From Nemertoderma westbladi (lineage: Eukaryota > Animalia > Xenacoelomorpha), in the NCBI GenBank assembly GCA_032718475.1, contig JAUCBJ010000187.1:1-64000 (forward strand): a stretch of DNA of 64,000 nucleotides, read 5' to 3'. The number at the start of each line of letters is the position of its first letter. Positions within the stretch are counted from its first letter, which is position 1. The notes below the pieces were generated by a model. It searched no databases, was not told the DNA's origin, and saw nothing but the letters and a program-made list of their open reading frames with translations. Both the position numbers and the translations under genes were made by a program. Below, one piece after another: positions 1 to 11,852 of the stretch.

Positions 1-3000
1 CACAACAACTCAATCGCCCAGTTGTTCGTTTATGTTTACTGGAAAGAGACAGAGAACTCTCCGGAAACTATGGAAGGCAAGACACTCTTCCCACGACCAC
101 CTCCCTAATTCCTCAAACAACTAGGGACTCCTCAACGTGATACGTCTGGAGTGGGTGTATGATTATATTATTTTACCTATTTTATTATATTTTTATATGC
201 GAACTTTATTATGTACTTTATTATAATCGTTTTTATTCAATTTTATTTAGTAGAATGTTGTTTTAGTGATTATTTAGTAGATTAGTGCAATATATTAGTG
301 TTTATTACGTACGTAATTACTTATAATATACATTTAGTGCGACGGCGAGAAAATAATTATTTTTCTCTTTCCTTACTGTCCGTATCATATTATAAATACG
401 TGACTACAGTAAGATGAAATGTCCGTACTTATTAAAGTACAATAAAGCCACTACTATATTCAAGTGTTATTGGTAGGCAGAGTATTAGGAATGCAAAGTT
501 CAGATCCTCGTGTCTCGGCTAAACCAAGCTCTGGGTAGACCTTGGAAACGACTTGCCTCTTCACACTGACATTGCTTCGTGCGATATTGCTCTTCTACCT
601 TATATTAAATAATACATATAGTAGCGTGATGTCCCTCTAACAGTAGCGTAAAACGCAAATAAATCTGTTAAACCTTTTGACCATCTGTAATTCTAGTCGA
701 TTAAGATATCGCGGCACCCACCGATATACTTGAAAGACAAATTCTAGAATCAGTGGTTAACGTCCCCAGACAAGTTCTGGAATAAATCGGTGCCCATCTT
801 AAATATTACTTTAATATTTAGTAAAATTCTGTAAAATTCAGATCCTTTAAATTTATAGTCAATTAAGATATCGTAGCACTTACCGATATTCTTAAAAGGC
901 AATTTCATAGAATTAAGGATCCTATGTCCCCAGACCTGCTCTGGAATCAAATTGTGTCAATTGTACTATCAAATAATAAAATTCACGTGAATAAATTTAA
1001 ATTCATATTTTAAATGAATTTCATAAATTGTCATTTTGTACAATTTATAACATTCCCAAAATTCCATTAATTAATAGATCATGGGAGCGGAGATTCACCC
1101 TATTGAGTGTATTAGAGTGCGAGAATCTCCAACATATAGTCAATAGCCGATAAAATTAATAAAATCATGCATAAAGAGGATATTGACAATTAAAGAATTA
1201 TTATTAAATAGCATCCCAGATCTGTATGCATGAGAATTACCCTAATTCTACCGCTAGCATTCCATAATGTCACCATAGCAACACCCACGCTAGAATTAGA
1301 AGCAAGTTAAAAGAACAATAGAAAGCTTGTCCCATTGCATAGCATAGAGAATATAGCACACTGCTAGTATCCAAGGATACACAGTAATAACGTGACATTC
1401 TGGAAGGCACTGACTAATGGACAAATGGCCTGTATGTGTGCAGTTGGTGACAGTTGTGTGGAATTTGTGCGTTTGTAGGTGAATGTTACTGCTAAGGTGT
1501 GTTTACAGTAGCTAATCGCAATTGTGAAAGTAGCCCAACTCTCCTATAGAAAGAACCTAAAGTGGATTCAAGCCTTTGGGACGGACAGTGGAGTGACTTG
1601 TGCCGGTTGTCGTTGTCGTGCTGTTGCTACATGTTGGCGTAAACACCGCGACGACGATACATCGGCGCTGAGAATCCCACTGTCCGGGGCGAAGAGAGGT
1701 AGGCAGCGACGCCCGCTCGCCTAAACATAAACTCATTACAATATTAATAAACTCAGATAGCAGATCTAACGGAGTTGATAGAAGATGATCTTGGTATCAG
1801 GGAGCGATATACTCTACCTTTACAAGCATTTGTGGATAGCTTGATACGCGATGAAGCCGATCCAACCATTACGGAGGACGATGGTCGTTATATCGAACCG
1901 CCGATGTCCCAAGAGCAACTTACGTGTGAATTGGACTATCGAAAATTCACCGCTCGCTATACGCATCGTAATGGTACGTATATGGACTTCCTAACTACCG
2001 GCCATCCTATCGATTTACATGATACGGACGATGTAGACACCGAAAGGGAAATGGTTCTATTTAAATATCATACCCAGCGGAGTCGTAACGATAAACCGAA
2101 AATAGATCACGAAAATTCTATTCGTAACAGACTGGGAAGACGAACCAATATGCCTAGAATCTGAGGAGATTCAGCCTATCGCGCCCGGAACAGCGACAAC
2201 GATTACATCATAGAATGGTATCAAGGTCCACAGTGTCTCACTGCGTACGATTATCGACATGCCAACTATGTTTCTAGGCAACGTTGTCGGTTATGCGCAT
2301 CGAGAGACCACGATACGCCCATGGACACCAACGTCCGCTGTTCCTATTTCCAAGAACAACCGACTATGGAAATTTATTGCGCATATTGCAGACTCAATAA
2401 CTTGCATATCTTTGCGGTTTGCCCTCAATTTATGACTCAATGTCACCATTGTCAACTAAAGGGACATGCTAGTTTCGACTGCCCTTTTAATCACGATTTG
2501 GAAAGCGTAGATGAAATGATCACACTACGTTACATCAGAGCTTGGGAAGCGAACGCTGATTTACATTGTGATTCGTGCCATCGCTATTATCCCGGACGCG
2601 CTTACGAAGGAGTTTATGCGTTCCATCCTTATCTATTCGCTTCGGTTGAACAGAAATCACGCATATCAAGTTACGAGCTACTGAAGCGCGTTGGAGAATG
2701 TATTTCAACCAAATTCGTACGCAAATTTCTCAGGAGTGTTAATCCTAGCGACCTTCATTCCTATAACTTAATCAATTATATCCATCAGGATCCGGACTAT
2801 GGAGACTTGTTTGTTAACTCACACCCCGAGTTACAGGAAGTATATCGACGGCCTTACGAATACCGAGCCCGCGAACGCGAGTTGGAAAGGACCATTAAAC
2901 CCCGGAGGTTTCTAACTGCCTATGGTCCACCCACGGCCCTCGTTCAGACCACTCGTAAAGGACCCGTAAGAGTGGCTGTCTTGAAACGAGCTCTCAAAGC

Positions 3001-3292
3001 CGTTAGACCCCTCTCCCCGGACGTTGATGTCAATCAACCCGGTACTTCGACTGGCGGATACACCGACCATAATCCTACACCCTCTGATGCAATCATATTG
3101 CACCCTTCACCCAGGAGTTATAGCCCTCCTTGTAAAGTGGCTCGCCCCAAAGAGAAAAGGACTCTGGCTAGCTTTAAGAAACTGCGTAAACGCCGTCCGC
3201 GCAAGAAAGACTAACTGTTTAGAGTATTTACGTATATTAGAAACTGTGATTTTGTATATTTTATAGACTCAAATCCCATTTTCTAGGAGCGG
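1..3292 (+). mobile_element. 3' internal region of a BEL/Pao LTR retrotransposon (family C, copy C'): end of integrase, long 3' region with extra ORF, PPT
   Basis: 1-~810 aligns closely by eye with 45798-46621 (integrase C-terminus QQLNRPVxRLCLLERD and downstream UTR of element C). GGAGCGG at 3286-3292 directly precedes TGTAAAAG. Confidence 0.85.
1775..3214 (+). CDS. Extra 3' ORF of BEL family C (two pieces, 1775-2164 and 2321-3214, probably one disrupted gene); Cys/His-rich zinc-knuckle-like protein with basic C-terminus
   Basis: Motifs CAYCRLNNLHIFAVC and CHHCQLKGHASFDC (CX2CX4HX4C); RCRLC in the gap between the two ORFs; K/R-rich tail; lies between pol end and PPT. Confidence 0.6.
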
Positions 3293-4600
3293 TGTAAAAG
3301 CTTCTGTGGGATATAACTGGCCCTTTTGCTTTGCAATCCAGTTTCCCCCCTAGGCGCTGGAATACTCTAAAAGCCTCTATAACTATATATATATTCCCCT
3401 CGCCCGCAAGGTACCGTTATAGGTGTTTTAACGGACATAAAAGTCATTCTTCTATATACGTGTTTTGGCGGACATGGTAAGGCAAAAAACCCGCAATGCA
3501 CCAAATACCTGCACACAGCTTATCCTTGATGATTCATATTACGACATCTAACAGCTGGTTGCTGACATGGAAACAGCCATTGGCCACATGGTTCTTTGTT
3601 TAGCTTAAGCCAATCAGAGCGATTTTTTCTGTCGATGTGGAGCTTTTCGGCCGATCATACTAGGAGTGTTCAGTCTTACTGTTTTTTGTGATACTGTTGT
3701 GTTGTTGCTATCTAGGCCAGGAACACCGGCTCTAGAGTCAATTCGTTTTCATACTTTAGAAGAAACATTAGTAGGCTTAAATTATAGAGCGTATAACTGT
3801 TATCATATCAATCATAACGACTCAATCGGCACATACATTGTCATATCATATCTTAACCTACCGTCTTAATGCTTTTACTGTTGTCATATTTTGTATTAGT
3901 TGGTTGAATATTATTTGGAGAACATTTATAAAGAACCCAAATTTCCCAATTTTCTTGATACACTACAGGTTAGAGAGACGGGTTATATATAGCGATTGCG
4001 ACTTATATTATTGTGTATGTAGTGAATTTAATGCTATTTGATAAGCACTACATTGGTCCGTTGCTGTTCTCTTTATATATGATAAAAATCATTGACGGTC
4101 GGCAAATTAGTGGGCAGTATTGTGTGTTACCGGTAGTGTGCATGATTGTGACTGATAACTAAGCATTTCCTAAAGAATGCGCCTCATACGTGAATCATAA
4201 GCCTTACCGACTTACCGTTGTGATTAGTATAAGTCATATCTCTGTTTACCTAGATAGAGCGCCACGTCCTAAAGGAACTGTTAATATTTCCCGAAAGTGA
4301 ATAATATTAGTCAGAAATTATTTATTAACGATCAATCGAATAATACAGTACAGTAAGCTTACACTGCAATAATAATCTAAGCCCTCAGAATCCAGTCTCC
4401 CGGGTATATCCAGCGGGTGAATGGACGCGCACTAGGCTGGCTTCTGCTAATGTTGTGTTTATTGGTATTAAATATTTGTCATCTTCTAAAGTCTATTTAT
4501 AAACCAAAAGACATATAAATTTTGGCAGGTTAAACTGCTAAAGGTCTTCAAAAGCGCGTACAACCGGTTCTGTCGCCCGGTGCCTGTAAGTGGGATATTA
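3293..4600 (+). repeat. 3' LTR of BEL copy C' (right end truncated, approximate)
   Basis: Starts TGTAAAAGCTT after the PPT, like the LTR at 33047. Shares AGCCAATCAGAGCGATTTT and other blocks with 33047-~34500. Confidence 0.7.
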
Positions 4601-5838
4601 ACAAATGTTTCCACTACTTCTGGCTCCTCGTAAATACTACCCGAGCCAGCCTCACTCTCTGATAGTCCCAACTGTCCCAGTTCTAGTCGGCGCTTCTGCT
4701 TGGCCTGATATTGCATAAGCCCCCTTAGCCGGGCATGCATATCATCCTGCATACGCTTTCCCGCTCTCTCTCTCTCTCTATCCTCTCGTAAACTTTGCTC
4801 GGCCAACTCTGCCTCTCTCGTCTCCCGCTCTCTACGCTCGTTCTCTACTCTCATCTCTCGCTCTTTACGCTCATCCTCTACTCTCTCTGCCCTCTCTCTA
4901 CAGTCTCTCGCCACTCTCTCGGCTCTCTCTCTACATTCCCTGGCTAGCTCTCTCTCTTTCTCTAGCAACGCTGTTCCCTCATTCAACTGCCTCTCTAATT
5001 CTTTCTGGTCTGGCGCCGCAAGGTCTAATAGACATGCCAGATCTATCTCTAACACCCTTCTTGCTTTTGCGGAGGATGTAGCGGACTTGTCAGTCGCGAC
5101 GGACTCCCGTTGCCTCTCTGTCCTACTAACTTTCCCCCGTTTTCTGGGGTTCTCGCTAACCGACGAGACCGAATCCTCGGAGTTAACCTCGGATTCGCCC
5201 TCGTGCGGATCTGCCCAACCCACTAACTTAATTCCCCTAGCATCCACTAAATACGGCCCTATGTACACCACTTGGGGCTCCATAATCCCGGATCGCCACA
5301 GTTCAAATAGTTCGGTGGCGACCCCCCTCGCTCTCTCATTCGCTAGTTCTCCCTGCCCGAAACGAACTAGGTATCTGAAATGTTTATTCGACTCACCTAG
5401 TCGCTGGCTCAACTTCCCCTGGTCTACCTTTGCTCCTCGTCTGGCCTCTTTGAGCTGTTTCTTCGTCGCATTGTAGGCTCGTCGGAGCCAGTCACTGGTT
5501 CCGACGTCCTCGTCGCCGATGTCTCCTCCTCCCCTCCTGGTTCGGCGTCGTACCGGCGGCCCCACTGTCGCTGTTCCGGTGGGCCATCCGTCGCCCTCGG
5601 CCTGTGGCTGGCCGGCAACTTCGGTACTTTGACCGCTGTCATGCGTCGACTCGTCTCCTCCCCCTGGTAGACGGCCGCCCTCCGCTTGGACTGCCGGATC
5701 GTCTCTCGTCGGCGAATCCGGCGTCGTAGGTCGATACCGTCTCGTCGCGGCCTCGCGGATAGTTAGGTCGTTGGTATCGTCCGGGGTCCGCGGTGGTGTC
5801 CTTTCTCCCTCTGATTCTCGGGGCTCCTGACTACTCAT
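4486..5838 (-). CDS. Truncated gag-like/coiled-coil ORF of an LTR retrotransposon fragment (probably Gypsy-type); the last ~35 codons are probably read-through into the C' LTR
   Basis: 450-aa ORF with an E/R-rich coiled coil; starts ~130 nt after a PBS-like TCGGTGACGCG that abuts an LTR end; no pol follows. Confidence 0.55.
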   Translation of the reverse strand: MSSQEPRESEGERTPPRTPDDTNDLTIREAATRRYRPTTPDSPTRDDPAVQAEGGRLPGGGDESTHDSGQSTEVAGQPQAEGDGWPTGTATVGPPVRRRTRRGGGDIGDEDVGTSDWLRRAYNATKKQLKEARRGAKVDQGKLSQRLGESNKHFRYLVRFGQGELANERARGVATELFELWRSGIMEPQVVYIGPYLVDARGIKLVGWADPHEGESEVNSEDSVSSVSENPRKRGKVSRTERQRESVATDKSATSSAKARRVLEIDLACLLDLAAPDQKELERQLNEGTALLEKERELARECRERAERVARDCRERAERVEDERKEREMRVENERRERETREAELAEQSLREDRERERAGKRMQDDMHARLRGLMQYQAKQKRRLELGQLGLSESEAGSGSIYEEPEVVETFVNIPLTGTGRQNRLYALLKTFSSLTCQNLYVFWFINRL

Positions 5839-5969
5839 CTTTGTTCTCTCTCTCCTGGTGGCTGGCAGTCACAGTTTTAGCAGTAGGGACTTTTGTACTC
5901 CCACGGGACTTTTGTACTGTGACGGGATCAGAGAATCCCGGCCGGTTAATTTGTGTTACGCGTCACCGA

Positions 5970-6437
5970 TGTGATTGGAAATAATAGTTTGTTGTTGTTA
6001 TTCTGATGTTGATATAGATTAATGATAATATGATATACGTGATAGCACAGTTGAGATATTGTTAATAGAAGTTGAATAATGTACCGGTAGTTACGGTGAT
6101 GTTACAGGTGACGGACGGTGACGGTACAAAAGTGTCACCGATCTGCCCTAGATGACTGAGATAACTGAATGGTAATGTAAATTGATGGATAATATATATA
6201 TTCACTCTTACACTACTGTGGCCTTAGTACCTAGTGGATGCTCTCCCTTGTCCCTGATTGGCTAATAGGTTCATTCTCGCCTCTCACCTCTGTGGGAGTG
6301 CTTCCCCCCCGCTGCTGTTACTTTCCCTCTCCAGGAGGTTTAACCTCTGACCTCTCTTTGTGTGGCTCTTTGGGGTTTGTTGTCCCCATTATTGGTTGTG
6401 TGATACGAGGTTAATGGTGATTAACCTCGTATCCCCA
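5970..6437 (-). repeat. Putative 5' LTR of the Gypsy-like fragment
   Basis: On the minus strand it ends ...CCAATCACA, followed by TCGGTGAC (TGGTGAC-like PBS). Has TATA-like (~6192-6200) and CCAAT (~6257) boxes and a 13-bp hairpin at 6402-6433 near the other end. Confidence 0.5.
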
Positions 6438-6487
6438 AAATTGCTGAAAGGCGCCACTTCCCAACTTTATGGGGTTATGAGGCGGAA

Positions 6488-7682
6488 TTGAATCTGCTCA
6501 CAGAATTGGCTACTGGAACAGAAGACAGAAAAGAAAGAAGAACCAACCTGCTGAAATGTAAAACGACACTAAAGATTGCTACAATGAACACACGCACGCT
6601 GAAAGCACATAGCAAACAGGGTGACATGGTTGCTCTGGCAATAGAATATAACATCGACATCATCTGCATCCAAGAACATCGGATTTGTCATGAAGACACT
6701 GCCATGAAGTACAATGACATTGGAAATGGATGGACATTAGTAACAAGCTCAGTAGTAGCAATGAAGAAATTATCGAAGCAATTCATCTTTGTTCAACTCA
6801 TTGAAGCAATTACAACTGCTCACATACAGCAACAATCAAGACTTACCTGGCAAACTGTAAATGAGGTATCTGGTCGGAAAAGTTGCGCAAAGGGACGCCT
6901 CAAAGCCAATAGTCCTGAAGAACGTGTTGGGAAGTGGAAAATCACTTCAGCAACTTGCTTGTGCAGCCACCAAACATCGAGTTCAGCCCTACAAGGAAAA
7001 TATATGACTAGACACTACCTATAGAAACAGGGGACTTCACACCTGCCGAACTCCAAAGAAGCATTAAAAGCATGTCCAATAATAAAGCGAGTGGATTAGA
7101 TGAAATCCCAGCGGAGGTATGGAAAACAGGAGTGCTAAACAGACCATTATTGAATGTTTGCAACCGGATGTTAAAAGGGGAAAAGCCACCACCAATTTGG
7201 ACTAAAGGTCAACTAAAGCCTCTCCCCAAGAAAGGAGACCTCGGCATACCAACAAACTATCGTGGGATCTGTCTGCTTGTGGTAGCTGCCAAAATATACA
7301 ATAAAATGATTCTATATAGGATTAGGCCTCACATAGAGAAACTACTGCGTAAGAGCCAAAACGGATTTCGACCAAGTAGATCAACAATAGCTCAGATACT
7401 TGCACTACGGAGACTGATTGAAGGAATTAAGTCGAAGAATATCCCCGCAGTCATGACTTTTGTGGACTTCAAGAAGGCATTCGACTCCATCCATAGAGGC
7501 AAAATGCTTGAAATCCTAAGAGCTTTGGAATACCAGAAGTAATTGTTGCTGGCATTGGATTGTTATATTGTGACACAGAAGCGCAGGTACTCTCACCAGA
7601 TGGTGAAACTGAGTTTTTCTCAATCCTGGCTGGGGTACTGCAAGGTGATACATTAGCACCATTACTATTTTTAATTGTGCTG
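6488..7682 (+). mobile_element. Degenerate non-LTR retrotransposon (RTE-like LINE): APE endonuclease N-terminus, internal deletion, partial RT; cut at 7683 by BEL element A
   Basis: LKIATMNTRTL and IDIICIQEHR (APE). NKASGLDEIPAE, NYRGICLL, QNGFR, FVDFKKAFDSIHR and GVLQGDTLAPLLF (RT motifs). Confidence 0.9.
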
Positions 7683-9652
7683 TGAAAAGTCTAGTAGTAT
7701 ACCGCTTACCGGATCCTAGTAACGATGTATCTTACCGTAAGATCTAGCAGTGTATACGGGCTCGTACAGTATCTGACAACAAATCCCAGTCCAGGGTGTC
7801 TAAACAAACAGATACAAATACGCGAACAACTACTGGCGAGGAGCAGAGCCTGGTGTCTATTCTAAGTATGTGAACGAGTCAAATGCCCAATGAACTAGAC
7901 AAAAGGATGCCTGTCCTCTAACCGGTGAGGCAGATGTACAGTCTACGGTTACAGACCAAACTCACGGGAAACTGACCTGTACCAAATCAGTCTAAAGGGG
8001 GTCTTGCCTAAAGTAACGATACTGCTGCTCAGACAAACAACAGTCTATTAAGTAAATACTCCTTCTTGCCATAACTAAATACTAAATATCTCCTAAAATT
8101 ACAAATACGAATGGTAGAACTGCAGAATAAATCTTATCGAGAAGTAACCTAAAGTAAGTTAGTACTAGTAGAGCTCTAAGGGTACATATGTTTTAGGGCG
8201 TGTGTGTGTGGGTGTGTTACAAATAAAACAATTTTGGTGTACTCCATTGTACTAGGTTTTAGTGATTTACTGACTGAAACAATACCGTGCGCTAGCTATG
8301 AAAATAAGCTAGTCGCGCTCTGTAGAACTTTATACTTACAAATTACATCAAAGCTCTCTCCTTCCTATCCACAACTCAACATGGCAATTACGGGGTTAGT
8401 AACTACACCCGTGATCGGCACAAATACCAGATTCTGGTTGTAAGATAAGAAATAGGGGTTAATTGCTACCGTACGTTAGCTGATCTGGTATACAATTTGA
8501 TTCTAGAATTTTGTTGCCACGGTGGTTAGCAGCAATACCTATCAGTACGTGGCAAAGCGCGGTAGGATATTAATAAACCTCCCTAGGCCAAGCGAGTGCC
8601 GGTAGCAGAAATACTCCTTGCCTGATCAAATAACTTGGGTTCAGGCAGGGGGGGGGGGGGGGGGTACTAAATGTATAAACTACGAAATGAAACCAGTACC
8701 GAACTGTCGGTATCGCAAGTCACAAAATTATGGAACGTATGCTGTCTGTACCTAATGTGTACTTGCGTACTGACGAACAGCAATGGTTCACACCTGTAGG
8801 AGATACAGGTTAATCCGGGGATTTTGCTTGTTTGCTCCTGTCTAAGGCTAAAATATTCGATCCTAAATTTTACTGCGTCCCAGGACGGCGTCACGCTTAC
8901 CCTGATCTATAGGTCTTCCTGCGGGCAAGGGCGTCAAACAAAGTCTTACCTTCCTCTGAAGTGGGCGCTGTATGGCAAGGGGGCATGCTTCGAACAGGCG
9001 CGAGGGCAAATCTAATGTGGGCGCTTAGCGTGTTGTGGACATCTTTCCCTGCGTTGCTGACGGCCTAACGGTCTAGGCTGCCATCTTCCAAATGCTTGGC
9101 TGTCCCAGTGGTGGGCAAAGATAAATATACATGTTCAAAGTTTACAGTATATTTGTGTAATTTACAAAGAAACTTATCGAAACTAAACTTTACAAATAAA
9201 CATAAGATTGAATAAGCAGTTAGTGATAATAAGTGATAACCGAAGGCAAACCAGCCCTTATATAGCAAATCTGGGACATAGAATCCGCTAGAACCTTCCA
9301 GAGCATTCCATGGCCTCACATTGGAGCAATAAGATGTTCTATGCCCTATGATTGGCCCAACTCATCGTTCCATATGTTGTACGCACCTCATTGGCTTATC
9401 TAATTAAATCAAGGCGAAAATAAATAGCCCAAAAATGCAAATTTCCCGACCGGGATTCGAACTTGTAACCTACTTGTAATGTAACCAACGCCTTAACCAT
9501 CTGACCACTGCGCCAACATAGTTACCTATGGGTTTATGTGTACCAATATGAATAGGCATTGTACATTACTGTAATTTAATCAAAATGCGTCGCATTTTAG
9601 AAAGTTTTTACGTTATGCTACAAATGCTACCTTATAGTGAATTAATCCATCA
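7683..9652 (-). repeat. 3' LTR of element A (1970 bp; ~120-bp deletion at ~7970 relative to the 5' LTR)
   Basis: TG...CA ends on the minus strand; near-identical to 21704-23531; follows the PPT (plus-strand CCGCTCC 9653-9659). Confidence 0.92.
9431..9514 (-). ncRNA. tRNA-derived Pol III cassette in U3 of LTR A (not an intact tRNA)
   Basis: Minus strand GGCGCAGTGGTCAGATGGTTAAGGCG...AAGTTCGAATCCCG...TTTTT contains an A box, a B box and an oligo-T terminator. Confidence 0.7.
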
Positions 9653-10044
9653 CCGCTCCATGAAAACAGTAAGTAAGACTGTTTTCACCAATCGAAATAC
9701 AAACTATTTACAAAATATCTCTTAGGTCTAATGGTGGGGCCTAAAATATAAAATAATCACTATCTAATTATTGCATACTTATTATTGCAGGTACAGTGTA
9801 AATACAATCTATCATACGTCATATAAAATACCAATTTACCAATAAACTTTAGTGCATAAAATACAAAAAAAGAGCTTTCGGTTATCAAAATAAACAAATT
9901 AAACAAATTAGAACAAATCAGAACAAATAATTTCAAACCTTTCGATAATCTTTTATATATTACAAATATACATAATAGATTTTCCAAATTAAATCAGTCC
10001 AATATAAACAAACAAAATGCGCAAATAATTTCCAAATAAGTCTT

Positions 10045-11165
10045 TAAAGTGTCCTCCTGATGAGCTTAAAAGTTCGTCCTACTGGTCTGGATAACGTCTT
10101 CTGAGCGCTAATCGCTAATGGTAGGCTCGCAAGCCTTCCTTTCTCCATAATCTCGCTCTCTAACGTTCGCTCCTCAATGCCTTCACCCTTTTATACGATT
10201 AATCGGTGACTTCTAACTGGGCTTGGGCTCCTACGTCGAGTTGCCTGCGGTTCTAGAATACCGGGAAATGAAACGACCGCCATCTAGCACATCCGTCGGG
10301 AGCGATCAACTTCATTGAAGTCGGTAATATGTGAAGGCAAGTTGCTTACGATTTTCTGAACGCAACTCCGCAGCCTCTAACACATCGTCAAACGTTACTG
10401 ATGGGAGGAAACCCACTCCTTGGGTTCGGTTTGATCGTAGGATATCCAATAAAATGGTAGGCTCACAAGCCTTTGCGAGCTCCTCGATCTCGCCTTTCTC
10501 GTACGCCTTGTATGCCCTATAGGGGCTTAAGGCTTCCCGTTTCTCCTGTGTCGACTTATTAGACTCGTCTACTACCATACTATAGACGTCTGGTTCCACT
10601 AATTTGGGTTCATAAATGACAATCTCGCCCGCGTTCGGTCCACTCATCTTAAACGAGTGGTACAGATTCGTCAAAGGGTATCCACCTTCTTGGTAATGCA
10701 GACTTTGGTGGTTTGGGCATCGTGCTAATATCGGCTCGGGGTTCTCCGGGTTCAAGCGCATGGGAATCACGTTGTCTTGCGCACGCATACATCCTCCACA
10801 TTTATAGAACAGTTTATAAATGGAGAACGCTTCCTTAGTTTCCGGATCCGCTCCTCGAGCGCGTCTATAAAGATTGTATCTCTGTGTCTCGGGTCCTCGC
10901 AAACGTCGCTGGCGTCGCATAACGCATCGTAGGGGTACAATGCATTGATCTCAGCGCGTAACTCCTCCGCTCTTGTGTTATAAGCGTCCAATCGCAGTCG
11001 CGTAACATTTGGATCCGCCTTGGACTTAGCGAGCTTGGCTGTACTTCTCGCCATACTCTCAACTCCGAACACATTAAAGTTTTGTCCCCATATCGGTTGA
11101 ACGGTGCCTGGTGCTCCTGTTCCTGTGTGAATCCCTGTATATAGTGTTTCTACTAGAGGAAGCAC
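10045..11165 (-). pseudogene. Extra 3' ORF (ORF2) of element A, frameshifted and apparently internally deleted
   Basis: Homologous to B ORF 59767-61621 (STAKLA, LYPYDALCD, ETKEAFS, CGxCMR, IPMRLN, YQEGGYPL, YRAYKA). Confidence 0.75.
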
Positions 11166-11852
11166 AAACAGAGGTTAGATGTGAGGAGACTTAGAGTTTG
11201 TCGGCTTTTGGCTCAAATTTGCTCTAAGACCCCTACCCATTTGCCTAATGACTTTGGGTTTCGCGTGATTTCGCAATGGCTTCTAATCCAAAAAAAATGT
11301 GCCTATAAAAAACGAATTCCGGGTAAACTAGCCGCGAGTCTAAAATACTCACCTTTTAATTTCCCAAACTATGTTCCCAAAGAAAATAGTGCAGTCGAGA
11401 ATTAATTTGATCTATAATAATAGTAGACACGACTACGTAGAACAATGCCGATTTTCTTTTCCAAAAAAATTTATCAGTAGGCTCGCAAGCCTTCCATCCG
11501 CTCTTGTCCTCCCCAATTATAATTTTTATCTAGCTGTATCCTAGAATTCGCATTCACTGGAGATTCGTTTTTCTTAAATTTAAATCCAACCAAATGGATT
11601 TGTCTAATAATTTTTGAAAAATTGTATCACTTGTGGGTTCCAAGTGGAATTCCATTCCTACTGTACACACAATCCCGCTCCTATGTGATACATAAGGGTA
11701 CTACCCTCCATGTTCACATATAAAGACAATGGAATTCCACCACTGCCTTTATCTACAGTAAAGAGGAATACAAATGCATATACAGTAATACAAAATACTA
11801 AATTACTAAAATACGGTAAGGCTATGTGGCGGCCATCAAGGGTCCCACATCT

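Noticed and set aside
7930-7950. GATGTACAGTCT in LTR A resembles a group I S element
   Set aside because: It is antisense to the element, and no upstream GACTG partner or P3 was found.
8204-9319. Short ORFs repeated at 22320-23387
   Set aside because: Chance frames within duplicated LTRs.
10057-10085. CTGATGAG as a hammerhead ribozyme core
   Set aside because: No GAAA motif after stem II and no flanking stems.
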